Made by a program: the position numbers and the translations under genes. 64,000 nucleotides of DNA from positions 9,775,878 to 9,839,877 of the forward strand of contig CM082581.2 in the NCBI GenBank assembly GCA_040954595.2, read 5' to 3'. Origin of the DNA: Balanoglossus misakiensis. Taxonomy: Eukaryota; Animalia; Hemichordata. A model generated the notes under the pieces. That model was not told where the DNA came from and ran no database searches. It worked only from the letters and a program-made list of their open reading frames with translations. Positions 13,034-33,006 of this stretch are shown here, in pieces (position 1 is the stretch's first letter; each line of letters starts with the position of its first letter).

Positions 13034-13794
13034 AGAGCGTGACAATCTCTGATAGATATCGATCTGTGGCGTTCTCTTCTTGACAACTCAGAGACCACGG
13101 CGGGCGAAGTTACTTGGCGATGTTTAACAAAATGTATATATTTAATTTATAAAATAAGAGTGTATATCTTTATGCTGTATATCACAATAATTTTCACTTC
13201 GATTCATATCTCCTTCTTTTGAAGTATATTCTTTGTCGGCTAAAGTCTGAGCTCATCTCATGAAGCTGTTAGCCCACCGACCCATAAACTTTCTGTGACC
13301 AACTTAAGATCGTGTTGCATCAGAGTTTCGTATTCTCTGATTGCATATATCACATACCATGGCTGGGACATGAGTTGGGATGAAACAAAATTATATTTCT
13401 TTGCACGAATATATTATAAAGACACTTGCCTCAGATACAATCACGACGACCTTGGGCGAGAGACAATTCAAAGGGGAAAAGTGTATGACGCACACACAGT
13501 ATTCCTTTTCTATTCCTAGAATAGAGTGTTGGTAGAATAATGTTAATTTGGACAAGTTATACATTATTTGCAGTGTACTATCGCGGTAGCTAGACATCCC
13601 TGATGACATTTATGAACCCCTTTATTGCTCTGTGTCAATCATAGTCAGTATTTTTCGCGAATGTTCATAGAGATTATCTAGGCTAACCCTAACCCTTGTT
13701 GATATCGAGAGCTGGTCTACCTACCACAACTCGCACCTGAAATCATTTACTGGAAAGTGTACTTTATGTGACCCTAGGAATGTATTTAACACTG

Positions 13795-13800
13795 AATAAA
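13795..13800 (+). terminator. Probable polyadenylation signal of the receptor gene
   Basis: AATAAA followed about 20 nt later by a GT/T-rich tract (tgttgtttgtgttttttt). Confidence 0.5.
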
Positions 13801-15057
13801 TATTGGTAGTAAAAGTCATTTGTTGTTTGTGTTTTTTTCTGACCTATTTCAACTGCTGCCTGCCAGTGAAAGGTAGATCGACGCGTCTGTACATGTACTA
13901 TGGGTATTGTAGTTAGTGACAAAGGCCATTAGCACCAACAAAACTACATTTTCAGTGCTATTATAAGTACAATTCCATCACATATGGTACATACATACAC
14001 AACCCCATCAACATGTGAACAAACAATGTAGAATCAGGGTGTCAACAACATCTGATTGACCTTCAATATTTCTTGCATTTGCCAGAAAAACATGTCATTT
14101 AAATACATTCATGCATGTCTTACACTGCACAGTGCATTGAGATGTACATGTTCCTGTGGTGTTTATTGTGGAGTCTGTTAAATTCACAGGTTTTCTTCCT
14201 GGAAGACCATGCCACTGTAAAACAGTCTGTATATAAAACAAATATTAATTTATATAACATTTTTGCATTTTTGACAAATATTGTACATTTTTACCAATAT
14301 CACTATAGACAGTCTACCCAAATATACATGTTCATAACAATTTAACACAAACAGTAAATATTACTTAACAGCCTTATTTACCTATATGGACATTACGACG
14401 ACAATAAATTAAATGCATAAATTAGCTAAAAATATTGTATAAAATTATTGCTATGTAATAACTGTATAAAAACTGAAGTTGTGTGTGTATTTGCATTGTT
14501 AACATTAAAAAGTGTAAATTAGAGTCTATGAGTAACTTGCTAAGCAAGACCATTGCACTGTGTCTAAAAGTATACATGTAATATAATTGCAATCAAGCTA
14601 TGGTGGAAGATACCTGGTGCAAAGATAAAAGAAAAATCATTAGTTGTTAATGGTACAAAAACATTGTTATCCAGTTCGCTATGTACATGTTACATTTGAG
14701 TGCAGTTTTGGTGTAAAAAAAACAAAATTTACTGTTTCAAGTCTGCTTGAAATATCTACTATTTCTTATTTGCTCTTTAAGAGACATGCTAACTTCTACA
14801 TAGTTTAAATGGCCTATAACATGGGTCAGAAAAATTTGAAGGAAGTCACACAACCCTTTGCTCTAATGAAATGAACCACTGTGCATAAACATGGACAAAC
14901 TGACTTCATTCAAGGTTTAAAAAGTTCTTTCATAACTGATTGGTTGCTCTTAGCAATACTGAATAAATTTAAGAGGTGGTAGTATGCTATACTATACCTT
15001 AACGCACCCTAGTGGTGGCTTTTGCATAGAAATGACACAAGAAAAGGCAGGCAAGAC

Positions 15058-18000
15058 TTAGCTTGCTTGAGTGAGGATTTCATCTGTAGCTGCCGACAGC
15101 ACAGGCGAGAAGAAGAAATTGAAAGTGAATCCAAGAGCCTGAATGATCTGTTCTGTCAATGTTTGTGTGTGGAAACCCTCCGCACCTTCAACAGTCTCAG
15201 CACAGTTCAGACATGTAAGGGAGTACAGCGTGACTTTCAAATTTGGCTGACCCAGATTCGAGGTCAAGGTGCCCCCGAATTCTACCGCGTTGCCGGACTT
15301 CAGCGGGACAACCGTATCCTTAAACATGTGTGTCGCCATCAAATTGATCACGTTTGATTTGCCACCCGGTATCATCATTTTGACGCTCACTTGCAAAGTC
15401 AGAGTATCGTAACGAGCCATGTGGCAGTCTCGGCCGGTGATGGACTTCACTTCGCAGAGACGCCGGTCTGCCCGGCTGACATTCTGAGGCAGGCTGCAGT
15501 CGGGGAAAGGGTCGCCGTAGATACACCTGAACCAGTTGCCGACCACAGAAGGCAGGAAGTCAAACATGCCCTCCGCCTTGTTGTCGACCTCTGTGATCTT
15601 AACACCTGTGATGTTACCCTGCCAGGTGATCCAGTGCCCGTACAGGTGCTTGCACAGCACCTGCCCTCCAATCATGTTGCCCTTCTCCGTGATAGTGACC
15701 CCTGGCCCGCACAGCCTGTCGTAGTCCTGCCAGGTCAGTGCCGAGGTCGGAGGTCGCGGCTGGTGCAAGGTCATGAACAGAGCTGGGAAGAGTGACAGCA
15801 GTCCAGCCACCACCAGAACAGCCGTCATGATCTTCTTGCTGACCGCGAAGGGCAGCTGCAGGCCTTTGCTGAGGTACACGGGCAGGCCGAGCACCGCGAC
15901 CAGCAGCAACAGGGAAATGAAAATCTTCAGCGCCGACCCTGTGACGAAGATAGCCTTGAGGATCCAAAAGACCATCCCCAGCAGGGTGAACAGTATCATC
16001 AGCGGCGCTAGGAAGACCATAGCCCACCAACCAAAGAGACCCCTCAACAGCCCCCACGTGGACGCATCCGCAAAGCACGTAATTGCCAGTTGCAGCCACA
16101 TCATGCACACCAGGTGTGGCAGCAAGACCTGGTACACCCCTCGCCCGGATTTCTGGAATGCCATGCGAACGAGAAGAACTGGTATCAAGAGATGGAGAAT
16201 GGTGGACAGGCCAAGATGCACGTGAAAGCCCTCAGCAAAACTAAGGGTTGCCGAGCAACAAGATAACGCAGGGAGAATGTGGGATAGGGGCCCCTGGCTG
16301 ATGTAGGACGTGCCTTCCAGACCGGAGAATACGGCTGAAACCAACTGGATTATCACGGAATAAAGCGTCAGGTGATCCTCCGAGTCATCAAGACCAACGA
16401 AACAAGTGAAAGTGAAAAAGACAGCCACGAGAGTGAACTCGGAATAAGGCACCCAGTCTGAGCTGACGAACCGGAAAGTGAGCACAAACAGCAGTAAAGC
16501 AGTTGTGAAGCTCAGATAGGGTTTGACGGAGGGAGCCGCAAACTGCGACTGTGAGGACGGGGTCTGAGTGCTCTCGAGTTGATCTCTCAGCATCTCGGCC
16601 CAGACTTTCAGATTCAGGCTCTTCTTCTTCCCTTGGAACATCTGCAAGGTGCAGATGATCAGCGAGAAGAAGGAGATGTACTGGACGAAGAGAGGGACCA
16701 CGAAGATGACCGTGTCTCGGGTGCAGATGCTGTACAAGAAGATGAGCAAGAGGGTCTGGATCTGTTGGGTTGGTATCATGCCACGCAGCCACGTCAAGCC
16801 TTTATTGGACACCAGGTCAATGACATAATTGACTGCAGTCTTCACAGTGTAGCCTGGATACTTCATGATCTGAAAAATAGACAAGAACAGGAAATTTTCA
16901 GACCACAAATCTTTCATTATGTAGAAGTCAATCACGGTGAACAGTAATTGACCAAATAAAGTACACTGACCTTTTGCACTGGTGTTGCCTTTTCATACTC
17001 ATCAAGATCAATGTCAGTGTCTAAATTTCCAAGATCTGCAAGACTCCCCAACTCTTCAGGCAGAATTCCTTCTGCCAAATTGACAGCCTTGCCTATGAAT
17101 TCATCTTCAGTCAGTGCATCACCTACAATACAATGTCACTGCATCAGATATTTAAAATGCACTCAGCTTCAATATGGTAAACTTAAAAAAATGTCCATGC
17201 TATATGTTCCATTGTAGTTTATAACCTGGTAAATACACCTCTAGTCACATAATGCTCCAACAAAGAAAGTATAAATTGCAAGTTTATATACCAGTGTGTT
17301 TAGAACTAAGTTGTGCTAGAAAAAACAGTACAGTAGACTTACTTTGGGCAAGTATTTTTTCCATCACTTTAATCTGTCTGACTTTATTAGCTGACATGGC
17401 AGCACCGGCTAATGCATTCTTCAAAGCGTCTTGGGTCAAGACAGTTTGGTTTTCTGGCAGGAGGGAGTGAAAGAAAGACTTGGCACTATCCACAATGCTA
17501 TCCGTTTGATCTTCTGATTCTTTCCTTTCCTCTCCCATTGCGGTTTCTCCTACCTCCGGTGTTTCACTTTCCATCACATCAGCCAGGTCTTCGTCTTGAT
17601 CCTGGGCATCATTTTTATCGTCTTCACGTTCATCTTTATTTCCAGGTTGAATGCCCTCTTCCTGTTGGATCTCAACTCTGTCTGTATCAGCTGGGCTGTC
17701 TGTTTCTGCCGAGAAATGGCATCAACAAAATGATGTATAATTTCAATAATATATCAATTATAAACCTTGAATAGTTGAATACATTTTCAAGAACAAAGTT
17801 CATCTTCCTTTTATGACTTTCAAGTTCTCTGACTCAAAATTCCATTACTCTCAAGGAGCCCTAGAACATGACCAGCTGAAAGGGTTGCATGTCATATAAG
17901 ACTCCCAGTGGGTTTTATAATATAAACGATTTACAGATCAATGCCTTACACGGGGGTCAACTATTTAAGGTATTTCTCAAACCCTTCACTACATGTAAGC

Positions 18001-18485
18001 AATTGGTAAACTGTGACAGTGAAAATAAATCTGCAGAATAAATGTGTAATCACACAGTGCAGTCTGAAATCGAGAAGGTTTTGATTGCAAGTATACTAAT
18101 CGGTCACACAGCTTATACAATCCTTCATAAAGAGCTAGTGGTGGGTATGCCCAACTTGGAATATGCACCCTGGATAGCCAGACCACTATTTTACTACAAA
18201 CCTTGAACTACATGTACAATTAACTATGAGTGTACACAGCTCTCCTACTCATAAAAACAAAGTTAAGTCACGAAGGACACAGAACGGCCAAAACATGCAA
18301 GTATGGGGAATGTGGACTAATGGCTAACCTTGAACAAGAACTGGGTGACAGGCAGGACTTTCAGCTACGCCCTTTTCTCCCTGGCCACTTGATGACCTGG
18401 TTATTTCCACGGAGTCTGTGTCCTCATTATCTGCAGACGGGGTATCTCCCAAGCCTCTTTGAGTTGTAGTATCATCTTCCTCCAT
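15058..18485 (-). CDS. WFS1: Wolframin (WFS1) ER transmembrane protein, ~827 aa
   Basis: Exons 18485-18329, 17705-17343, 17122-16971, 16869-15058 join in frame with GT-AG sites. Motifs match wolframin: KYP..IDL....GLTWL....IPT, VPYSE, LPHLVCMMW, LTWQDY..LCGP, QVLCKHLYGH.ITWQG, DNKAE....LP..VG.WFRCIYG. The large last exon starts at the position equivalent to human exon 8. Confidence 0.93.
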
Positions 18486-19265
18486 TTTCGACACAAGGCT
18501 TTATTTAAAGGGCGGTATACGCTGCCTGCATTCTTAGGATACTATGCATGATGTCACGACGGACTCTGCTCATCACCCTCTGGAGTGACGATGACCTCAG
18601 CTGACTGCCAGGTCATGGATGTAAACAACAACATTAAAGGGCGCCACCAAGCGCATGGTTTTAAAAGTTTTCCTCGTGCGGTCGACCGACGAAAAAACAA
18701 ACGACTCAGGTCAACTGGGAACCTTTTGGTTGGCAAAAACGAACGTAATTTACCTCTACGTGAAAATGCCCAAGTTATTACGTCGCCTGCTCTTTCGTTA
18801 CGCCACGGCGACCACGAGTTTCCAAGGTGATGCAGTCGTCCATGCTTGCCAAAAATCTGGACTGAAGGAAATGAATAACAAACAATCTATCGAGTAACTA
18901 AAGCTCCCTAAGTATGAGTAACGGAGTTCAATAAAATAATAAATGGCTATCAAGTTTAAAATTTCTTGTTTTCCCCAATTTGATGTATACAACAAGAGTG
19001 ACAAGAAAAATGTTTAACTTGGTTCATCTAGAAATGATATTATAGCTGGTAACATTCTTAATTTCACCTGAACAATTCACACTTTTACAGGCCTGCTAGG
19101 GGATCTCAACCTTTCTCCGGTCGGTAGTCGATCGTACGTCTCGCTTTTTTCGGTAAAGTTCTGCGTAGTAGCGGTACAAGCGACTGATCAGAGTATTTTA
19201 TTACGCAAATGATTGCGAAAATGAAATTTCTATGATAGCATGTGCCGTTAAGTGTCTAAATTAAG
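18486..19265. promoter_or_regulatory. Probable shared (bidirectional) promoter region of WFS1 and DCAF10
   Basis: Divergent start codons are only ~780 bp apart, and the interval has CpG-rich patches (about 18550-18840 and 19090-19190). Confidence 0.6.
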
Positions 19266-22200
19266 ATGTATACCATTAAGTCCGAGCATATGAAAGTTGT
19301 CGAGTACCGATCTGATACAGCGAAGAAACCTTTAAATCCTTGGAAATGGTTGCGAGAGCGAGAGTGTGGGAACACGGAGAGGACCGACAAAGGTCGAGAA
19401 CAAGATGACATTGTATCAAAGTTGTACTCAGTAATGTTTCCAGTGAAGAGAATCGGATCCCCTCTGTGTACAGTCGTTGAGGAGCATGGATCGATATTCA
19501 ATCTGGAGTTTTCACCTGATGGGTATGCATTGATCGATTAATTGATTGATTGATTGATGACAGTGGAACTTTGTTCGTATATTGCAAAGGCATTGTGATC
19601 TAAATATTCTAGCCCCTTTCAACAAAGAGAGTACAGTAGAGGTGTTGAAACAGGATTAAAATCAAACACAAAATCCTGTTTCTGCAACTTTATAATACTT
19701 AATAGTAAAAAGCACTGTGAAAGATTACATGCCAGCATTTACTTTGAAGAGATTAAAGGGCCACCAACACGGACGGAGATAAGAAAATATAATGTCACAT
19801 AAGGTGAAATAATTTAGTATATGCGAAGTGTAATGGAAAACAATGGAAATAAAATATTTGTACTTCTTTTGTCATGTAGGAAATATCTTGTCGCTGCATG
19901 TGAGAAAAAAAGTATCAAGATATGCGATCCACTGTCGTCAGAACATATCACGACTATCAATGATGCACATGAAAGTTGTGTGAACTTTGTCAGGTGAGTG
20001 GATTTTTCTTCTTCTCTATGAACTCAAAATGAATGTCTTTCTCCCCATGAGTCAGTCTGCCAGTCCTCTTAATTTATTTGTTCAATTCTTTAATCGTTAA
20101 TTCTTGTTTATCTATTTTGACAAATTAAGCGACTTGTTGACAAGAATGTCACTGGTGCATAACAAAATAGTTTCGGGCGCTGTCTGGACCATTGTAGTCA
20201 GTCAACAGAGCATGGGACAAGTGTCAATATTGATATGGAACTCAACTTCTTAAACTAAAACTTTTATTGATTCACAACATACAATTCAGCATGTAATTTA
20301 CAAATCAATGTCTTGTCATCCTGAGTAGGGACGGTGTATGGTGCGGCCTTGGATATTGTTGCTGTGTACTGAAGCAAACATTTTCAAGATAAAACACGAA
20401 GTCCTGAATAGAATTTATACTTTTGTGTCAGCAGAAAATTGTCTAGTGTCGTGTTAAAAAAGTTTGCAAACAATTACCTCACTTAATAGTAGGAGGTGAA
20501 CAAGTCTCAATAATTCTTTTCCTGAAATCATTAGCCTGTCTCAGCGTTCCTTGGATCTAAATAATTGCATGTAATCATTTCAGCACAATGCAAATAGTGC
20601 AGTAAATTGCCATTGTGAGAGCTTTTCCCACACACCATAAATATCCCTTCAGGCAGCCCATTTACCAGGGTACTTGAATTATAGCTAAGACTCACGATGT
20701 CAGCTGGAACCTTGTATCTTAGGCAGTATAGTGCATGTAATATGCAACCATTTCATCATAGTTGCATTTCTTTGATAAATGACCATTTCTTTGATAAATG
20801 ACACACCCGATAATAAAAAACCACCCTGTCTCTCAATCTCCACACAGATTTCTAGACACAAGGCTCTTTGCGACCTGCTCCGATGACAAGACTATTGCAT
20901 TGTGGGATATCCGTAATACAAAGAGGAAGATTCGTAGTCTGCGCGGTCATCACAGCTGGGTGAAGAATATAGAGTACTCACCAGGATCGAATTTACTCGT
21001 CACGTCAGGATTCGACGGAAACATCCTGTCCTGGGATATCAATAAGTGAGACCTGTTCATGATTTAGTGTCGAGTGATAAATGGAATACACAATGAAAAT
21101 TCTCAAAAACTTCAAACTGAATATTGTGAGACTATGGTATAGGATGTGACATTTTCTTTCATATGTGATCAGCAAAGGAACAAAGACATCATTCTTGTTT
21201 ATTTTCTTTTGCCCATATTTCCCAGGTACCAAGAAAACAGCTACCAGTACAAGAGACTCTTTCACATGGACGGGCTGATGAGGTCCAGACTCACACCCGG
21301 CAGCGAAAAATTAGTCGTCTCCAACACGGCCGGGTTCATTGTCATTGTCCACGACCTTGACCTTTCCACCCTTGACACTGACCTCAGAGGCTTTGACCCC
21401 GTGGAGTACTACCAGCTGCTGATTCACGACAAGACGGAGCAGCTGGCCGACTACTGCCAGGAGTACGCCGACTTTTTCACCTCGGAGAAGAACAGGGTGG
21501 AGATTGTGACGGAGTTTCCGGAGAGGATTCAGGTGTTCTGCATATCCTCCTTGCAAGTTCATCCCCAGGGATGGTGTCTGCTGTCAAGATTTACAAGTGA
21601 AACGGAGGACAGGGAGGTGGGTTTCTGCGTCCCATGTGGGATATTCATTCATGCATCCTTTAGAATGTTTGTCATGTTCTTTAGAAAAAGAGAGTGACAT
21701 ATTCATCTTATGCAGCACTGTCATAGGATGTTATATATCGTGAGCATCACGGTTACAGTAGTTTCATTTGCTATGTGCATCGTTTTATTATCAGCAGCCT
21801 CTCTAACAGTGGATAGTGGATCATGATTTGCTGGTTGAATTAAAAATCCATACATTCTGCATAAAGAGATTCTGACTGTCTGATGCTTATGCGTTCGTCT
21901 TTCAATTGCAGTATGCATGTATCCACGATTTACAAAGCAAGCCGCAAGATCCATCGGAGGGATCCGAGGCGACGGACACCAGGCCTGAGTGCGTCAAGTT
22001 CTCATCGCCGTACAACCGACTGACTCACTACATAGAGGAGAGCAGCGACGGCCGAGGCTACATCAAAGAACTCTGCTTCAGTCCCGACGGGCGGATAATC
22101 TGTTCTCCGTACGGGTATGGAGTACGCCTGCTCGCGTTCAATCAGAATTGTCAGGAGCTGTGTGACTGTCACCCGCAGAGCCCCAGGGAACTGTACGAAC

Positions 22201-22319
22201 TGAAAACCATCATCTGTCATCGACGGACTGTCCTCACGTGCAAATTCTCGCCTGTGCATAACTTGCTGGCCACCGGGTGTCAGGGAGGCAGAATTGTTAT
22301 TCACCAGCCCACTCTCTAA
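19266..22319 (+). CDS. DCAF10: DDB1- and CUL4-associated factor 10 (WDR32), WD40 protein, ~455 aa
   Basis: Exons 19266-19522, 19880-19993, 20848-21045, 21226-21616, 21912-22319 join in frame. Motifs: HGSIFNLEFSPDG, FLDTRLFATCSDDKTIALWDIR, GHHSWVKNIEY, SSLQVHPQGWC, RLTHYIEE...GRGYIKELCFSPDGR.ICSPYGYGVRLLAF, C-terminal HQP.L. Confidence 0.95.
20766..20802. repeat. Short tandem duplication (catttctttgataaatgac x2)
   Basis: Two adjacent identical ~19-nt units in DCAF10 intron 2. Confidence 0.8.
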
Positions 22320-23590
22320 CTCAGAGGACTGGACTTTGAACCCACTGAGTGACCAAACTTTGGTCCAGTCCACCATTGTTTTCGGTGGTGTTGCTGGACT
22401 TCCTTATGCAGAAATGGGGGGTGAGAGAGCTCAGAGAGTTTGAGATCGCTAAACCTGTGTACAGACTTATACAGTCTGGTCCATTTGGCAAAAAAAATCT
22501 GCCAATCAGTACCATACAAAAAGCATGCAGTAGTAGACAATGTAAAGTGGTCATCAATTTTATACGTCACTTTCTGATCATCTGTGAATATTTAGTCAAG
22601 CATCACATAATACCATTAATGTTTGGATGCTGTTTTCTGATGGGAACCCCAGTATACAACTCAAGCTACCCCAGGGCCAGGGAACCCTACTGCAAATATA
22701 GTGTGAATGTACAAAGGTTTACAGGAAACAGGGTTGAAGCCTTTTTGTGTTTCTGTTCTTTGTAATGATTTCTATTTTATGACATAATTCATACATTTGA
22801 CTTCTTTCATATGAAATGTTTGAGTACTTTACCCGAGTGAACTTTTGTAAGCCAAGTTTTTGTAAATATCTGTCCAAGTTTCTAAGTTTTGATCAATTTT
22901 AACCTTTTGTTATTTTTTAAAGAAATGATAAATGTGTGCAGTTCATGGTCATGCTTTACTTAATTACACAACGCTATACAACTAAGTTTGCACAGAAAAA
23001 CTGTGAAGAGAGTTATAGAATATCAATGTTTGTGGTAATAATACGGGGAAAATAATATCTAATAATTTGATAATCAAGCTTCCATGAGTGATATAATGCT
23101 TGGATAAAAAAAGAGTATTAATTTAAAAAGTTTCATTTTTAAATCACTCCTGCAAAAGTTCTTGAAATTTAATCATGGAAAATCCCAGGTAATTGTGCTA
23201 TCAGAATGATCATGAAGACAAAAGTATTGACAAAAATACGGCACTGGAAACCAATGTTTTTTGACCATTGGGGATTACAGTTTTGCTTTACTCAATGAAC
23301 CTAACAAGGAAATTGTTTTGTGGGACTCTATTTACTGAAAGCTGTTCAAGAATTGTCACTGCCTTTACAAACAACCAGACATGCATATATTTCTGTCTCA
23401 TGATTTAAAATTTGGTTCATGCAACCAACTCTTTCACCTTTTGATCATGTAGAAAATCCAATGTTTTAGTTACTCTATTGTTTTTAATTTTTTTTTTTGA
23501 CAGGATTCTTGAATCATGTGCGAGTATAATGAGATCAATTCATATGAACTTTCATGTTGATTTGCAGAGGTTGGTTCTGTTTTTGACTCT

Positions 23591-23739
23591 AATAAACATG
23601 AAGTTGCCTAACGAAGTACTTACAAGTTCTTTGTGTCTGTGTGTGTATCTTTGTGTAGAAAGAGCATGTATATTAAAGGTTGAAATTGTAAAACAAAGCA
23701 AAAATCGCACAACATATTGTTTAACTAACAACTTTTATT
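23591..23739. terminator. Convergent polyadenylation signals of DCAF10 (+, AATAAA 23591-23596) and CNNM (-, AATAAA 23734-23739)
   Basis: Each AATAAA is followed on its own strand by a GT-rich downstream tract. Confidence 0.5.
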
Positions 23740-24424
23740 TTCACAATTAAAAGCCAGCAAAATTATCATCAGCTAGTTTTATAGGAAACTGACATGGCAC
23801 ATTTAGAAAAAATAACAATTTCATAATCATGGATGTTTCATAACGGAAATTGAGCACACACAGGCAAAACTCAATTCTTATTCATTGGTCCTAGAACAAT
23901 GTCACTGAAATCTGCACTCTTAAAAATCAACTTTCCAAAAAATCTATAATTTAATTTAATTAATTACACGATCTCTTCACAGCTGAGATGTAACATACAA
24001 AACTCCGAACAAGAAATTTGTACCATATTTACAATTGATTGTATGTCTACATATCAAAGCTCTGTACATGAACAAGCAACTTAAAAAATGTTGACAAACT
24101 AACAATAAAAGTGGTATCAATTTTTTGAAAACAGAAAAACGTATCTACAAATTTTTTTACTGACAATCCCATTGGGTTGCACGATATAAATATGATTCAA
24201 AATAACTATAAATATGTATTTCTACAGAAGCACTTCATCACTATTTAGAAGGTAACAGATCAATCAAGTCTCTCTTTTTCCAAATCCACACTTTTCACTA
24301 ATCAGGGAACAATCAACAAGGAACCAATCACTTTCATAGTACAACAAAATGCTTGGCAGTCATTGGTTTGGCTCTGAGGTCAAAGATCAACCTTAGGGTC
24401 AAAGTACATCAGAGTCAGCATCTT

Positions 24425-24517
24425 TTAACCCTTTCACCCCCAGTTCCCTCTATAGAGGTCCAACTTTACCACAGAAAACAATGGATTCGGACCAAACCAT
24501 AGCGGTGAAAGGGTTAA
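24425..24517. mobile_element. 85-bp MITE with CCCTTTCACC terminal inverted repeats flanked by TTAA (piggyBac-type ends), copy 1
   Basis: ttaa-CCCTTTCACC...GGTGAAAGGG-ttaa; element 24429-24513. Confidence 0.8.
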
Positions 24518-25507
24518 ATGAAGTTGCAGCATCATGGCAATGTCTACCCTGTCATGGGTCAGCTCGTCCAGAGCAGACATTTGAGAAAAATCTATGTTCG
24601 ATCTATAATATGGAAATAAAACTTCTGTACAAAACGCTAATAATTGTGCTGTTCCAATCAGTAAGCCTCAATTACATTTTGATATCCCGTAAAGTCTTAA
24701 TTTAATACCACTACTAAGAGAAAGAACCCTGTATCTTTTTACCTATTAGTTTACTGGTTCAAATCTATAAGGACATGATAGTAACTCGAAGATGGAGAGT
24801 TGTAATTTCATACTCATAGAACTAGCATCAAGATACTACTTAGTACTAGATATATTTTCCTTAGAGAATTAGAGAATCAAACACAAAGAGTTTTTAACAC
24901 AAGCAATGTCTATGCAAACATACTATCATCTTTAGATTTATGTAAGCACATAGTTCCCCAGTCATCAACACATGGGAATTTATATTGCCTGTATACAAAG
25001 TTTACAGTATTGCTGTTTCATTTGAGCCGCACTGACCACCACTGCACTGTAATTTTGTCATTAGTTACAAGGATTTCTACACAGCCAGTGACGTGACCTA
25101 TGTCACCCGCTTTATGTGGTCAAGAAGATAATTTCAATTTCTATGTTTTATACTGAATTACCACTACTAGTATGCAGCCTCATCGTAAAATAGACCCTCT
25201 CATTATATCCTTAAGAGATGCTGGGTCTGGCGGAACCTGCAGGGTTGAGAGAGAAGGTATATGCTGGGTGTGCGTCAGACAAAAATGTGGGCACGTCTGG
25301 ACCAGGCTTTGCTGTAGGGTGCGTAGGGCAGGTCTGTTGGGAGGTCTGCTGGGTTGTGTGCTGAGGGTGTCTTGGGCAACTCGTTGGCTGGACTGTTGAG
25401 TGGAGTGATGCCTAGATGGCAGAGCACCCGCTGAAACTGAAAGCTGTGTTTGTCATAAAAGCAATGAAATGATCAGGGTTGGGTTGTTGTTTTTTCTACG
25501 GACGACG

Positions 25508-32377
<6,870 letters not shown>

Positions 32378-32384
<7 letters not shown>

Positions 32385-32419
32385 CTTGGGCAATCCTATG
32401 ACGGTCAATATCACGTGAC
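32378..32419 (-). promoter_or_regulatory. CNNM start region: YY1-like AAGATGGCGG over the ATG and an extended E-box (TCACGTGAC)
   Basis: Motifs read directly at 32378-32387 and 32411-32419. Function is inferred only. Confidence 0.35.
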
Positions 32420-33006
32420 GAGATGAGGTGCGCCTCGGCATTTCCTAATCCTATGCATGTACATGGGGGGTTTGCACCGGGGAGTTGCAGTGAGATAAGT
32501 TTTTTTTTTTTTCATCGATCTAAGAATTGTAGGCATGCACCTGTGATATAAAGTACCGAAAGAATCGAAACAGTTTCACGCACGGGCTTTTTGCGAGCGC
32601 AAATCAAGCGTCTGCATGAAACGTCCATCTTGTCTATGGAAACCTCGGACTGTGAGGGCGCCGTTTTACCGTAGGCCTACTCAGTGAAGCTGAAAGCAAC
32701 ATAACAAACAAACAAACAAGAACTATCTATATGATTATTTCTATACTATTTATTTGTTTAAAATTATATCCATTAATCCTGTAAATATGTACACTCAACT
32801 TTTTCTGAGAAATTCTGTTTTGATCTACAATAGCTACAAATTAACTACATGTATCATAGTATTCCACGCCAAATTTACCAACTCTGAAATTTGTACAGAC
32901 ATACAACATGGTCAAGAATCATGATCCAGATTTTAATATCATATTTCCTGTACAATACTGATCCATAAGTTACTCCTATCTGACTGGACGGAATATGCTA
33001 TACAAA

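Noticed and set aside
15022-16947. Many overlapping antisense and alternative-frame ORFs over the WFS1 last exon (similar ones occur over the receptor, CNNM, T-box and ARID5B exons)
   Set aside because: Expected shadows of GC-rich codon usage; no independent motifs.
20123-20515. Imperfect ~20-nt inverted repeat bracketing ~390 bp of DCAF10 intron 2
   Set aside because: Only about 16 of 20 positions match, with no clear target-site duplication or second copy; too weak to call a MITE.
25172-25440. Pro-rich open frame downstream of the CNNM stop as an alternative last exon
   Set aside because: No convincing donor links it to the CDS; it is most simply 3' UTR.
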